Source: the human T2T-CHM13v2.0 reference genome, Homo sapiens
Length of the DNA stretch: 64,000 nt
Assembly: GCF_009914755.1 (NCBI RefSeq)
Contig: NC_060926.1
Reading direction: 5' to 3' (one strand)
Every line of letters starts with the position of its first letter. Position 1 is the stretch's first letter. The notes beneath the pieces were generated by a model. That model did no database searches. It was not told where the DNA came from and saw only the letters and a list, made by a program, of their open reading frames with translations. The position numbers and the translations under genes are program-made. Of this stretch, positions 1-14,146 are shown in pieces.

Positions 1-16
1 TCTGTAAACCCACTCT

Positions 17-430
17 ATTAGGCAAGATTTTTTGCATTATATTAACAGAAAATCTAACTCAAATTAGGCTAGTTACAAAAAGAGGGACCTACTTTCGCAC
101 ATAATTGAAAAATACAAGGTTTTGATTTTGCTTCAAGCATGATTAAATCTGGAGACTCAAATGATATCATCAGGGCTTGGGTTTTCTTCCTGACTCTAGT
201 TCTCTATGTTCTGGCTTTATTCTCTAGCCATCTCTGTGCATAAAGAAGTACCTCCTAGTCCAGGTTTAACAACCACAGGATGATGGGAACTTTCCCTGTC
301 CAATGTTGCAGAAAAAGCCCAGGAATTGAGACTTAATGTCTTTATTTGAAGTCATATCTGTGAACCAATCACCATTACTCTCATTGGTCAAGCCTAAGTC
401 TAGTACTCACCCAGGAGGTACAATATAGGG
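17..430 (-). mobile_element. Ancient MaLR LTR fragment (MLT1K/L-like)
   Basis: Motifs aacagaaaatctaactcaaa, gcttcaagcatg...ctcaaatgatatcatcagg and tgaaccaatcac resemble recalled MLT1K/L consensus. Boundaries approximate. Confidence 0.5.
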
Positions 431-614
431 CCAATCTTATCCCAGATACATCTACTGAAAGTAAAAACAGAGGTAATACCCTCACTCCCCCGCCCCCATC
501 CAAAAAAAGCAGGGCACTGAAACAGAGGACAAAGGAGTACAAACTCGGCAACAATAATATTGGAAAACCATGATCCAACATTATTGAAATTTCTCTACTC
601 CTTCCTAGCACAGA

Positions 615-950
<336 letters not shown>

Positions 951-1649
951 GGTGTAATGAATAACATATCTAGAAACAAGACTCATTAAACAGAATTTTG
1001 TAATGGAGGTCATTTACTCGTCTTACTGTTTCTGATCTTAAAATCTTTACTCAGGGTATAATACCTCTTATAAAATATCTTTCTATACTCTCTGCAACTC
1101 CACGAAGAAACACGTGTTCCTATAACTTGTGGTTTTTTGAAGACAAAAAAAAGGGAGTTAAGATGACTATACTGTAAGTATATATTTCTTTTTTTTTTTT
1201 TTTGAAGGACATGTAATGGGACCTAGGGTTATCTCCTTCACCATCCATGTGGCTTTAGAAATGTTCTGTTCTGTTTCCTACTCTTCTTCCATGTTTTGAG
1301 GTGCTTATATGTCTCCTGTGTCTTATTCCATGTGATCTGTACCATGATGTCCACCTCCAGGTTCAAGACTCTTATTACTATCTACAGAGCAATGTTAGTC
1401 TTGCTTTTTTCTCTTATTAGCAATGTTTCAATGAATATTGTTGTGATATTTTCTGTGTCACACTATTTATGTTCCCAAGTCCCTTTAATCCAGACCCTTG
1501 CTGTTTAATCACTTCATGTTCAATATTGTGTGGACTACAAAACCATTTTATGAAGTGCAAAGCACTGAAAAGATGTTATCATGGCTGTTGCTGCCATTTT
1601 CTCATAAGCTCTACTCAACTTATCAGTTCAGATTTTTCATATCAGACAC

Positions 1650-2138
1650 TGTGGGTGGAGGTTTCTAGTTGCCTTCACAATTCTAATTTTCTTCTTATTC
1701 CCTAATAACACAAACTTGACTTTTTTTTAGAGGTGCCAGCTTAAAAAATCATTGTTTTCCAGATTTTCTTAAGGCTTGGCGGTGGTGGCGGGTGGCGGGC
1801 GTGGTCAAATGAGTTATAAGCATAGAATATTGGGTAGAGCTTCTGGGAAATACCTTTAAATGTTGCTGATTTGGCTTGCCCTCCTCTTGCTCTTGCCTGG
1901 CTCATGGATGAGACTCCTGGAGCTCCAGCTACATTCTTGTGGCCTGGGAGATGGAGACATTCACTGAGGATTATGGAGTAGAAATACAGAAAGGTCCCAA
2001 GGGAGTTGCTGTGTCAGCTTTGGAGCACTTATCATTAGATTTCTTTTATAAGAGAAAATAAAACTGCCAGAAAATTTAATGTGTTTAGGCCACTATAATT
2101 GGATTTCTGTTATTAGCAGCTGAATCTAGTTAACTGAT
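1650..2138 (+). mobile_element. MLT1 (I/J-like) MaLR LTR
   Basis: Internal ctggagctccagctacattcttgtgg and 3' end agagaaaataaaact...tttaggccact...tttctgttattagcagctgaatctagttaactgat are typical of MLT1. Confidence 0.6.
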
Positions 2139-2934
2139 TAGACTTTTTTCTTTTCATAGTAATCATATTTAGCATATGATCTCTTACATGTGCAAAGATA
2201 CTATATCACATTGTACTCCAGCTCTTATATTCTAATATATGTATATTTACCATATGTATTGATGTATTTTATTACACAGCACAGTATTGTTAATCATTTT
2301 TGCATACTGTGTCATACTTATCCAGAAAAACAGTTTGCCCTGTTTCTCTAAAATGAATCATCCAAATATATTGAAAAGTACAACTATTTTGATATCATAC
2401 ACCTTAGTAAGATTTATCAGTCTTTGGTTGAGGAAATGACATTAAATGTGCAATTTGTCCTTTATAAAGCCTTATTAACTTTGAGTTAATCTGTGTTGAT
2501 TTGGGCCATGTAGAAAATGAATGTGGTATGTGGACTAGTGTCAGGGTTGTAATTATACCCAAAGCCCAAGGTCATGCTTTTCATATTTAAATGGAATAAT
2601 AAGTTTTATTGTATTTGCTGTCCACAGGCTCTACTGTGAATCCACTAACCATCTAAAAAGTGCTTACAAAGGTGGAATGGAAAGAGATGTGTTCAAATTA
2701 GAGAAAAATGTATTAATTCTTTCATACCCCTGGCTTTGGGCCTGCCATTTCTTTACCTTGAATGTCCTTCTTCTTCTTCGACTAATAACATCTGACTTAT
2801 CCTCAAAGCCCAGATCAGATGGCATTTTTTTCTCTGAAGCCTTCCGCAATTCAAAGAATTATTCATTTCCCTCTAGCTTCCCAGAGCAATGCAGCAAATG
2901 CATGTGGGATGCCACAGAGGCTTTCTGGCTTTGA

Positions 2935-3065
2935 GCGTGTGTGTGCCTTAGACAAGTTACTTGATTTCATTAAGCCACAAGTTTCTCATCTTTAAAATAA
3001 TTGTAACACCTACGCCATAAAGTAGCTGTGAGATAAGTGAGATTAGTTATATAAAGTCCTCACAA
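2935..3065 (+). mobile_element. MIR
   Basis: MIR core tgtgccttagacaagttactt...agtttctcatctttaaaat...gctgtgagataagtgaga. Confidence 0.7.
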
Positions 3066-4384
3066 AGAAGTCAGCCCATATTTATCCCTCAAATTACAAA
3101 AGTTTTCATCATCTTTATCTTAATTAGCCTTATAAAAATTATTCTTTCCATTTTAGGGGGAAACTGAACATATGCTGTAGTTTAGAGTATTATGTCTCTT
3201 ATAGGCTAAATTATGTATGGTGTAGAATAGGAAATTTTCTGACTCATCTTTGAATACCCTAGACCTAAAAAGTGGATAATTCATTTATTAAACTGGAAGA
3301 ATCTAAAATAAGTATCTTTTGAATTAATTAATAGTTGTTCAGCCTTGTGCTTTGTATATGAAAGTCACGCACATGCATTCTTAGCTGTTATAATAGGAGT
3401 GTTGTGTTTGTGCTAATGAGTTGACATATTCTTATCTGGTCACCTATTCCAGAAGGGATAAGAATGTCTTACCATGATATTAAATAAAATTAACTTCCCC
3501 AGATGGGGAAGGTACACATAATCCTGGCTTCATTAGTCTGGCACATCAACAGCTGAATCAACCAATCATAGGCACTTTAGGAATGAGGCAATGTGGTAAT
3601 CTCAATGTGTAAAGTGGGTTCTTCTGGACTGAAATATATGCAAAGTGGTCTGCAATAGGAAAGTAAGACTCTCAAGGGCCTTCAAATGAACGTTCCAGGA
3701 TGGTGAGCAGTGCATCCCTTTCAACAACCACCCAAGAAATACAAATATACCAACCATATTGTGTTGTTTCAGTCCATGCTGAATTTCATGGAGTATAAAT
3801 TCTTGTCCAATCTAAGCACATCTGTTCATAATAATTAACTTCTGTGCCTTGTGAGCAGGAAAGCAGCATCAGCTATATAGTGAGATGCATTGGCTTTATT
3901 TCTGTTTGTCATAATGATTCATTGAGACATTATGGGGAAGCAGATGCTTTTTAGGCACTCCAAGACTCTGCATTGTGGCTGCCTTTGCACTGCCATTACT
4001 TCTCATATGTTGGATTAAGCAGAGTTTTAAGGTTGTAGAGCATTAAGGTTGTCAAGTGTTAATACCACTGTGGGAATATAATTTTAAAACCTTAAAAAGT
4101 CATTTGCTCATTCTAAAACTCAGCTCCCCTTTCCTCCCTGGTGTAAGATCATAATTTAAGCTCTAATCTCAAATTGGAATGGAAGCTTTTACAAAGTTGC
4201 AAATCATGGGACTAGAAGTTCCTGTGAAAACTTTAGTTCCCGTCCCAGGTCTGCCACCTTCTCTGTCAAACACATGCAATAACACTTTCTCAGTAGAGAC
4301 ATTATGATGATTAAAATGAAATTAGAGGAGTAGGGCACATAGCATGGAGCCTGACATATAGCAATGATAACAGCCAGAACAGTT

Positions 4385-4590
4385 ACTTTTCAGGGCCTGT
4401 TCTAAATCTTTACATGGGTTGTATTTAGTCTTCAAGAAATCCCATGAGGTGGGTACTATTATCACTCCCATTTTATATATAACGAGACTGAATCTTGGAG
4501 AAATTAACTTCACCAAGCTCATCTATCAAGACAGTGTGGGACCAGGATTCAGGCCCATTCAGAGTCCAGAGCTAGCATCCTTAACTGTAC
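4385..4590 (-). mobile_element. MIR
   Basis: Reverse MIR core cccatgaggtgggtactattatcactcccatttta...gagactga...ggaccaggattcagg. Confidence 0.75.
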
Positions 4591-7119
4591 CCTTCTTCAT
4601 TTCATAAATATCAGTTGACAGATCTTTAAAGCTAACACAAAAGCAGATTTGACCTTCAGCTGAGATTTGATTAGACATTTGTTAACCATGCATTAGCTGG
4701 GTTATCCTAATTTAGGTAGGAATCAATATGTGCCCTAGAATACTCTCTAATCCATTCTGATTTCTAGACTTGGAACATCTCTGTTTGTCATAGAGCCTCA
4801 CCTTGTTTCCTGATAGGTACAGAAACCTAGTTTTAATGGTATAGAGGGACATGGAGGAGAGGATATTATCTCTGTCATAAACACAACAAGAATATTATCT
4901 GACATTTCCACAGCTTTTGTAAAGGAAAGTCATTCCAAAGCTCTATCGACAGGACAGCTTCATGCCATGGCTTTTGTCGCTATGTGGCTCCATATTCCTG
5001 ACTCTCAGGCAAGCTCACTGGTCACCACCAGTCAACATACAGTGTAGTAGAAACTCAAGGAATGTGATAATAGAGAAGTCAAGGAGGCTGTGATGGATCA
5101 GGTTCAATCACAATTCTGAAAGAAAAACTGATCAGAAATGACGGAGTTAAAAAGATTCTACAAAATGGAAGAGTATAAAGACAGTACAGTTAACAGACAG
5201 AGTAGACTGGAATGAATGTGAAGTCAGAGGTGGAGGTAGCATGACAGAGACACCATGCCATCCATGAGCAAGGAGACTGGTAGCCTGACTTGTGGCTGCC
5301 CTGGCTCCCAGTTCCTGTCCCCCATGAGAAGCTTGATATTCATAATCTCCTCTTGTATTCCTATGAAGTCATTCTCCCTTATTGACCAACATCATAACCT
5401 TACCACATCCTTCTACTATTCATTGAGATGTCATAAGATGCTCTTTTATTTCCAGTCAAAAGAATAAATTATGTGTCTACTCTTCACTAACTATGCTGAG
5501 AGGTACTGTGTGGCATGAAGGTGAGAATTGTGGCTGCACACAGCTCTAGGCTTGAATCTCTTCTTTGACACTTATTAGCTATTGAGGGAGTGGGGAGTCT
5601 GTTTTGATTAAATAGTAGCGACTAAGTGAGTGTTTAGTCTCTTGCTTATGTGAATGAATTTGACTGGAAACCTGATGACAAATTTGTCTATAAGCCAAAC
5701 TGGCAACAAAAAACTAGGGTGAACTGGTAATTTTGAAAGATATTAATTCCATAAATTTTACAGATGAATATTCATCATTTATATGAGAAAATCTGAGAAG
5801 ACGAATGAGATTCTGTTTGACAAAAATAAATGCTCTGGCTCTAGCAAAGCAGAATGCCACATTATTGTCAGCAGTAATACCTTTCATTTATTCCCATGTT
5901 TTCCCTAAGTCATAATCATTTTGAAAGTGAATTTTAAATAGGAAAATACATCACTCTCCGAGGCTCATAGTAATGAGTGGCCCAAAAAGAGATTTTATCA
6001 CTGGAGACTTGGATTATCTTTTCCCTCATTGTCACAGCTCCTAAGGATTTAATGTGTTGCAGAGGTAAAAAGTCACTACAGGTCAACTTAGGAAATAAGC
6101 ACATAGTGTAATTTTCATTTCACTTATCACATCAGTTTTCAATTTTTGATTACTTCTCTGTGTCCTAAATATGCTGAAGCAGAGACCAAGTTCTTTATCA
6201 TATGCAGCCCTGGAACCTAGTGTAGTTGGACACACAGTTGATACTTAAGAAGTGTTTCTTTAATTAATGGATGAAAAAAATGACAGAAGATACTGTATCT
6301 CTTCCCTGAGTTATATAATCGTGGTTGAATTTATAATATTTGAAATAGTATTCCTCACAAGAAAAATGTAGTCAGCCAATAATTAATGACATTCATGTTT
6401 ATTTCATTCAATCAAAAATTTCTGTGTTTTATAATTCTTTCATTCATTGCTTTGAATTTTACTAGGCATCTTGTGAAATAACAAAAAAAAACCTCTGTAG
6501 TTCCTAACCTCAAAATGCTTATAGTTAAAGGGGTATAAATTACATAGTTACCAAGAGACATACCATTTTGAGTGCTTGCTGCTTTCTCATATTGATTCTT
6601 ACAGCAAAGCTTTTCAACCTTTGGGGACAATGGATAATTTAAGGGAAAGTGTATATTTCTAGAGAAATAAAAGTTTAAAAAATTGTTTTGTGTAAATCAA
6701 GGGGAATGCTAATCAAATCAAGGGTATAAAAACAGGAAAGGACTGTTTCAAAGATAGGATCAAGAAGACAAATTAAAATTAGGAAGGAGGACAAAATCGA
6801 ACTCCATATTACTGACCCGTTTCTGAGGACCTTTCTCCCAGGAGGAAGACTGCCTCAAACCATGAGTCAACTTGATCAATGCATGCTTCTTCCTTGCGAA
6901 TAGAGGTCAGCAAATTCCATTTCATACTTAACTGCATTCAACTGGTTGTTCAGTTTCCATGATATGATACGACAGATTTCCTTGTGGTTTTGCCATAGGC
7001 ATTGGCGTTAAGCAGTGCGTCTATTCGAGATGTTGTTGCTATAGAAAGAAGTCACTGGACAGGCGGCCACAGGTTAATAACTCATCTCTCTGAATTCCAG
7101 CTCCCTTCTCCACCTACAT

Positions 7120-7159
7120 TGTTTTTTGTTTTTTTGTTTTTGTTTTTGTTTTTGTTTTT
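7120..7159. repeat. (TTTTTG)n microsatellite
   Basis: Seen directly. Confidence 0.85.
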
Positions 7160-7399
7160 AATTTTTTAAGCTTCTGGTCACAGACAGAAACTCCACATCT
7201 GGGCCATCTCTGAATGGAAGTGAAAAGAAAGCTCTGAACTGAAGTGAAAGCAAGCAGTTAACCTCACTTTGACTTACTTTTCAGCCATGGCTTTTTAAAT
7301 TTTCCATTTTATGCTTGCCCTGGAAAAGAGCAAGAACAACAGTGAAAGCAGGGTGAAAAATCTCAGTACCCAACAGAATGGTATCACACAGGAAACCTG

Positions 7400-7620
7400 G
7401 TGGTGGGCTTCGCTGGACCTGCACCCTTTCATGTATTGGTTGCCTGACCGTGGTGGAATTATTTATCCTTCATCAGCTTCATGACCTGTAAAATAAAGAG
7501 ACTAATAACACAACCTCAGAGAGCTGTTTTGTGAGCTAAATGAGATAACTCACAGACACACACACACACAGACACACAAACACACACATGAATACGTTTA
7601 GCACAGTGCCCGATACTCTA
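7400..7620 (+). mobile_element. MIR with internal (CA)n
   Basis: cagcttcatgacctgtaaaataaagag...ctaaatgagataac, CA tract about 7550-7588, then tttagcacagtgccc. Confidence 0.65.
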
Positions 7621-7714
7621 CCCATGTTAACTGAGTTTAATAAATGTAAAATAAGAATGATATATGTTTATTATATTTGAAGAATGTAATGAAGTAACAT
7701 AAATGTATTTGGAA

Positions 7715-8245
7715 GGATGCTTTTTTTGCTGCAAGTAATTTAAAATCCTGCTCAAATTATTCTACTACGCAGAACTCAAGACTTGGTGTCTGCTTCGCAG
7801 TGCTTCTGATTCTCTTGGCTCTGTCCTCTGCCATCTTCATTTGCTGGTTTTCCGTTGGCTTCACAACCCCAAACTTCTCATTCATGTGTTGCCATAACAT
7901 CTAAAGGAAAAGAGACATATCTTCCCAGTGTCTTCTCTTAAATGTGAGGGAGCATTTTTCTTAGAAGCCTTCTGAAATCTTTTCTCATATACCATTGACT
8001 TGGATCGGGTCACAGTCTCATTCCAGAACCAGTCTCGTTAACAGGGGATTATCAGGAATTGATTGGCTTCAGTTTGGATTCTTGACCTAGTGGATATTTT
8101 AAGGGGAATTATGTTAGATCCATCCAACCTTCCTTTGACAATGGTGAGGGACATAGCTTCTATCGAGACCCATGATCATAGCAAGGAGGGGTAGATACCC
8201 AAAGGAAAATCAGCATGCCCTTCAGAAGGGTAAGAGTGAATAAAT
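7715..8245 (-). mobile_element. MLT1K-like MaLR LTR
   Basis: ttgctgcaagtaat...cctgctcaaatt start, cattgacttggatcgggtcac, gattggctt and gatacccaaaggaaaatcag motifs. Confidence 0.55.
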
Positions 8246-9409
8246 AATGCATAAAAATAAACAACATTATAACAATACATGAACATGCCTAGATCTTTGT
8301 CTGGCATGTAGTTGATACTCAGTGTAGATTAATTTCTTCGCCATTCCTCCTTTCTTATCTTGGCAGTTACCACAAAAGTTCTTAAGCCCCCCACACATTC
8401 TTAACAAAGTACAAACATGCAAGAAATGAAAACTTGACCTAAAAACAACTAAATGTAAAAAAAACTTCAAAGCAGGTTATACAAAGCCACTTAGATTCCT
8501 AAAAGTGGTAGGCTGAATAATTGACAGAGAAAACGGTGGCTCTGTTTTTTAAAAACTCGTGAAATCTACCTGTACTCATACCTCGCAGTTCCCCTTTACT
8601 GTCTTTCATAGTAACAAAAGCTATCAGTTATTCCAAAGTATTGATTTCATGCCTATCAAATGCTGAGCCATTTTGGAGATATTAAAATAAATAGAAGATG
8701 CTGGAATGAACAGTTTTGGGGGACTTAAAATACAGTTGACAAAACTGGATGTACACAAGTGAATATAATGTGAGTCCTTACAAAGCAGCAAGCACACTAG
8801 CACAGATCAATATAAGAATGCCAGAAAAAATGGACCCCTCCCTTGATAAATGCAGTTGCAGTTTCAAACACACAGCAGCCAAGCTTAAGTGTGTTTTATG
8901 ATAAATGTTTAAGTGTGAAAATAATAAATGAGCAAAATCTCTCTGTGGTCAATGCTGGAATACTTAAGCTTGTTGATTCTTTCCTGCAAAACACATTTAT
9001 CCACACATTTAATAGTTTTATTTCTATTTGACTAAGTCATCTTTCCTTCCCTTGGTAGTGAGTAGTTATTTGTCATCTCCAATGAAGGCTTAGTGTACTT
9101 TTTGCACTATATGCATATTGTTCTATTGAAGTCCCTGATTTAAAGCGCAAGCCTGTTTTAGAACTGAGACAGCTGGACTAGGTGAGTGTCTGGTAAGCCT
9201 AGGCCACTGCCAAGCCTGAGACATTCTGTGACATCTGCTGAGCATTGTAGATCTCCTTATTAATCTTTTCTGGTACTGAGTTGAAGATTTGATTGTTTAG
9301 CTTTGAGTTTTTACTGTAAGTATTAAAAGTATCTGATTATAATAAATTTTGTTTATAATATGATATCAAGGAGTAGAAATTCAGTATTGTTTTATATGAT
9401 CAATTATTC

Positions 9410-9585
9410 CAACCTCTGACATCTTTCTCCTTTTCCTTCCATTCTCTCTTCTCTGTTTTCCTTTTCTCTTTCTCCTCTGCTCTCTATCTCCTCTATCTTC
9501 CCATTTACTCTTTTCTTTTCTGTTCTTACATTTCCTTATTCCTTTTGTACTCCCCATCTTGCTTTCTCTTCCACCTTTATCCATC
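9410..9585. repeat. CT-rich low-complexity tract
   Basis: Pyrimidine-rich stretch. It explains the K/R/E-rich spurious ORF 9381-9587. Confidence 0.8.
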
Positions 9586-11072
9586 ATTAAATATTTATTG
9601 AAAGTTTATCATAGATAAATCAATACAAGGAAGTGAGGCAGTTATTTATGGTACATAGTTTTAGGTAGCTCCGACTTTGACATGTAGAAGGCTAGATGTA
9701 ATAAAAAATGTTTTCAAGCAATAGTTTTAGAATTGTTAGATAATAAAATTAGTTATACTTTCTTTTTAGCACAATAGCTAAACAGTATTAATTAATTATT
9801 GTAAAGAAAAGCTGTCAACATCCACAGATGTGGCCTTTGGAGTTTCTAGATTATTCTTTGGGAGCCTCTTTGTGAAAGGTATGCTGACATTTCAAAAAGC
9901 AGATAGTCCAAGTTGACATTTTTTTCGCAGCTGGATGAATTTTCAAAACACCACTGAGGCAAAGAATTACAAAGCCGTTGCAATGTTTCTCCCTCATTGA
10001 TATGGGGATTTTAGTTTCTTATCAGATTTTTACAAGTAATTGGCATTTTTCACTGCTTCTCCTTTACAAGGGGGACATAGCTGCGTGAAATTTGACATCT
10101 TATACTTAGATAAATGCGTATGAGTCTAAAATATTAGATAAAGAGAGCATATTATTTTAAAAATGCAACTGAAAATATGGCTAATATTTTCATTAAATTT
10201 GCTTAATCCTATAAGAGTTTCTCTACTAAAAATTTGGCAGAAACAGCAACAACAACAACAACAAACACATTTATGCACAAATACAGTCACTAGTTTCTAG
10301 TAGCAACAGATTTTTGAATGTCCTCTTACTCCAAGACTTAATTGTATTGAATTTCATAGAGAACACTTTTGAAATGTAATTTAAAACGTTTAAATGTTAG
10401 CTAGGATACTGATAATTATCCTTTTATTTTTATTTTACAGTGACAAACCTACAAAAACATTTTTTTTCTCAAAACATGAATCAAGGAAACATAGCAGAAT
10501 GTATAATAGTAGCAGTTACGCTTCTTCCTTTGAAAATGGACATCAGCAGACTGGTGTTTTGTCTAGTGACATCTGACTGGTTTTACAAAAGTGAACCATT
10601 CCTTCCCAAATTCTCTGATATGGTTTGGCTGTGTCCCCACCAAAATCTCATCTTGAATTGTAGTTCCCATAATCCCCACATGTGGTGAGAGGGACCTGGT
10701 GGGAGGTAATTGAATCATAGTGGCAGTTTCCCCTATGCTATTCTCGTGATAGTAAGTTCTCATGAGATCTGATGGTTTTATAAGGGCCCCCTCCCCAGCT
10801 TTGTTCATCTCTTTCATTATCTCTCCTGCTTCCCTGTGAAGAGGTGCCTTCTTCTATGATTGTAAGTTTCCTGAGGCCTCCCCAGCCATGCTGAACTGTG
10901 AGTCAACTAAACTTCCTTTATAAATTACCCAGGCTCAGGCAGTTGTTTATAGCAGTGTGAGAATGGACTAATGCAGTAAATTGGTACCACAAAGACTAGG
11001 GTGCTGCCATAAAGATACCCAAAAATGTGGAAGTAACTTTGGAACTGGGTAACAGGCAGAGACTGGAAAAGT

Positions 11073-11878
<806 letters not shown>

Positions 11879-12366
11879 AGGCCTAGGAGGGAAAAATGGT
11901 TTCCTGGTCTGGGCCCTCCTGCTGTATGCAGTCTTGGGACTTGATGCTGTGCATCTCAGCTGCTCCAGGCATGGCTAAAAGGGGCCAACATAAAGCTTAG
12001 GCTGTTGCTTCAGAGGGTGCAATCTTTAAACCTTGGCAGCTTCCATGTAGTGTTGGGTATGCAGGTGTGTAGAAGTCAAGATTTGAGGTTTGGGAACCTC
12101 TGCCTAGATTTCAGAGGCTGTGTGGAAATGCCTAGATGTCTAGGCAGAAGTTTTCTGCAGGGGTAGAGGCCTCGTAAAGAAACTTGGCTAGAGCAGTTTG
12201 GAAGGGAAACATGGGGTCAGAACCCCCACACGGAGTCCCCACTGGGGCACTGCCAAGTGCAGCTGTGAGAAGAGGGCCACCATCCTCCAGACCCCAGAAT
12301 GGTAGACCTGACAACTTGCACCGTGCACCTGGAAAAGCCACAGACACTAAAGCCAGTCTGTGAAAG

Positions 12367-14146
12367 TGTGTCCGTAATTGGTGGGTTCTTGGTCTCACTG
12401 ACTTCAAGAATGAAGCCGTGGACCCTCATGGTGAGTGTTACAGCTCTTAAGGTGGCACGTCTGGAGTTTATTCCTTCTGATGTTCGGATATGCTAGGAGT
12501 TTTCTTCCTTCTGGTGGGTTCGTGGTTGTGCTGGCTCAGGAGTGAAGCTGCAGACCTTCGCAGTGAGTGTTATAGCTCTTAAGGCAGTGCGTCTGGAGTT
12601 GTTCATTCCCCCCGGTGAGCTCATGGTCTCGCTGGCTTCAGGAGTGAAGCTGCAGACTTTTGAGGTGAGTGTTACGGCTCATAAAAGCAGTGTGGACCCA
12701 AAGAGTGAGCAGCAGCAAGATTTATTGCAAAGAGCGAAAGAACAAAGCTTCCACAGTGTGGAAGGGGACCCAAGCGGGTTGCCACTGCTGGCTCAGGCAG
12801 CCTGCTTTTATTCTCTTATTTGGCCCCACCCACGTCCTGCTGATTGGTAGAGCCGAGTGGTCTGTTTTGACAGGGCGCTGATTGGTGCATTTACAATCCC
12901 TGAGCTAGATACAAAGGTTCTCCAAGTCCCCATCAGATTAGTTAGATACAGAGTATGGACACAAAGGTTCTCCAAGACCCCACCAGAGCAGCTAGATACA
13001 GAGTGTCCATTGGTGCATTCACAAACCCTGAGCTAGATGCAGGGTGCTGATTGGTGTGTTTACAAACCTTGAGCTAGATACAGAGTGCCGACTGGTGTAT
13101 TTACAATCCCTGAGCTAGACATAAATGTTCTCCAAGGCCCCACCAGAGCAGCTAGATACAGAGTGCTGATTGGTGTATTTACAATCCCAGAGCTAGACAT
13201 AAAGGTACTCCAAGGCCCCACCAGAGCAGCTAGATACAGAGTGTCGATTGGTGCACTCACAAACCCTGAGCTAGACACAGGGTGCTGATTGGTGTATTTA
13301 CAATCCCTGAGCTAGACATAAACGTTCTCCAAGGCCCCACCAGAGCAGCTAGATACAGAGTGTTGATTGGTGCACTCACAAACCCTGAGCTAGACACAGG
13401 GTGCTGATTGGTGTGTTTACAAACCTTGAGCTAGATGCAGAGTGCTGATTGGTGTATTTACAATCCTGACATAAAGGTTCTCCACGTCCCCACCAGACTC
13501 AGGAGCCCAGCTGGCTTCACCCAGTGGATCCAGCACTGGGGCTGCAGGTGGAGCTGCCTGCCAGTCCTGTGCCATGTGCTCACACTCCTCAGCCCTTGGG
13601 TGGTCGATGGGACTGGGCGCTGTGGAGCAGGGGGCGGTGCTCATCGGGGAGGCTCTGGCCACACAGGAGCCCATGGAGGGGGTGGGAGACTCAGGCATGG
13701 CGGGCTGCAGGTCCCAAGCCCTGCCCCGAGGGAAGGCAGCTAAGGCTCGGTGAGAAATCGAGCGCAGCGCTCGTGGGCTGGTACTGCTGGGGGACCCAGT
13801 ACACCCTCCGCAGCCGCTGGCCCGGGTGCTAAGCCCCTCATTGCCCGGGGCCGGCGGGGCCGGCCGGCTGCTCCAAGTGCGGGCCCGCCAAGCCCACGCC
13901 CACCCGGAAGTCCAGCTGGCCCACAAGCGCCGCACACAGCCCCAGTTCCCACTCGCGCCTCTCCCTCCACACCTCCCTGCAAGCTGAGGGAGCCGGCTCC
14001 GGCCTTGGCCAGCCCAGAAAGGGGCTCCCACAGTGCAGCAGTGGGCTGAAGGGCTCCTCAAGTGCCGCCAAAGTGGAAGCCCAGGCAGAGGAGGCACCGA
14101 GAGCGAGCGAGGGCTATGAGGACTGCCAGCACCCTGTCACCTCTCA
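12367..14146 (-). mobile_element. Solo LTR12C (ERV9 LTR) inserted in THE1-int
   Basis: Minus strand runs TGAGAGGTGACAG...AAGAACCCACCAATTACGGACACA. 4-bp TSD aaag at 12363-12366 and 14147-14150. THE1-int rejoins as ctgtgaaag|cagccagg. Confidence 0.95.
12780..13460 (-). promoter_or_regulatory. LTR12C U3 promoter/enhancer: tandem CCAAT (NF-Y) repeat array and AATAAAA TATA-like box
   Basis: Ten ATTGG motifs between 12843 and 13452 in about 40-bp and 80-bp repeats containing gagctagataca. TATA-like ttttatt at 12806-12812. LTR poly(A) signal tttatt at 12721-12726. Activity is not shown by sequence. Confidence 0.7.

Noticed and set aside
10420-10576. Strong plus-strand splice acceptor (ttttattttacag at 10440) and a 60-aa ORF with a hydrophobic start
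   Set aside because: The hydrophobic stretch is just the T-rich tract, and no convincing donor or partner exon is visible.
12880-13490. Regularly spaced repeats resembling a CRISPR array
   Set aside because: The units repeat in full with no unique spacers, there are no cas genes, and they are the standard LTR12 U3 tandem repeats.
13417-14097. 226-aa ORF and overlapping ORFs on both strands
   Set aside because: They lie wholly in the GC-rich part of LTR12C, where stop codons are rare. No domain is recognisable.
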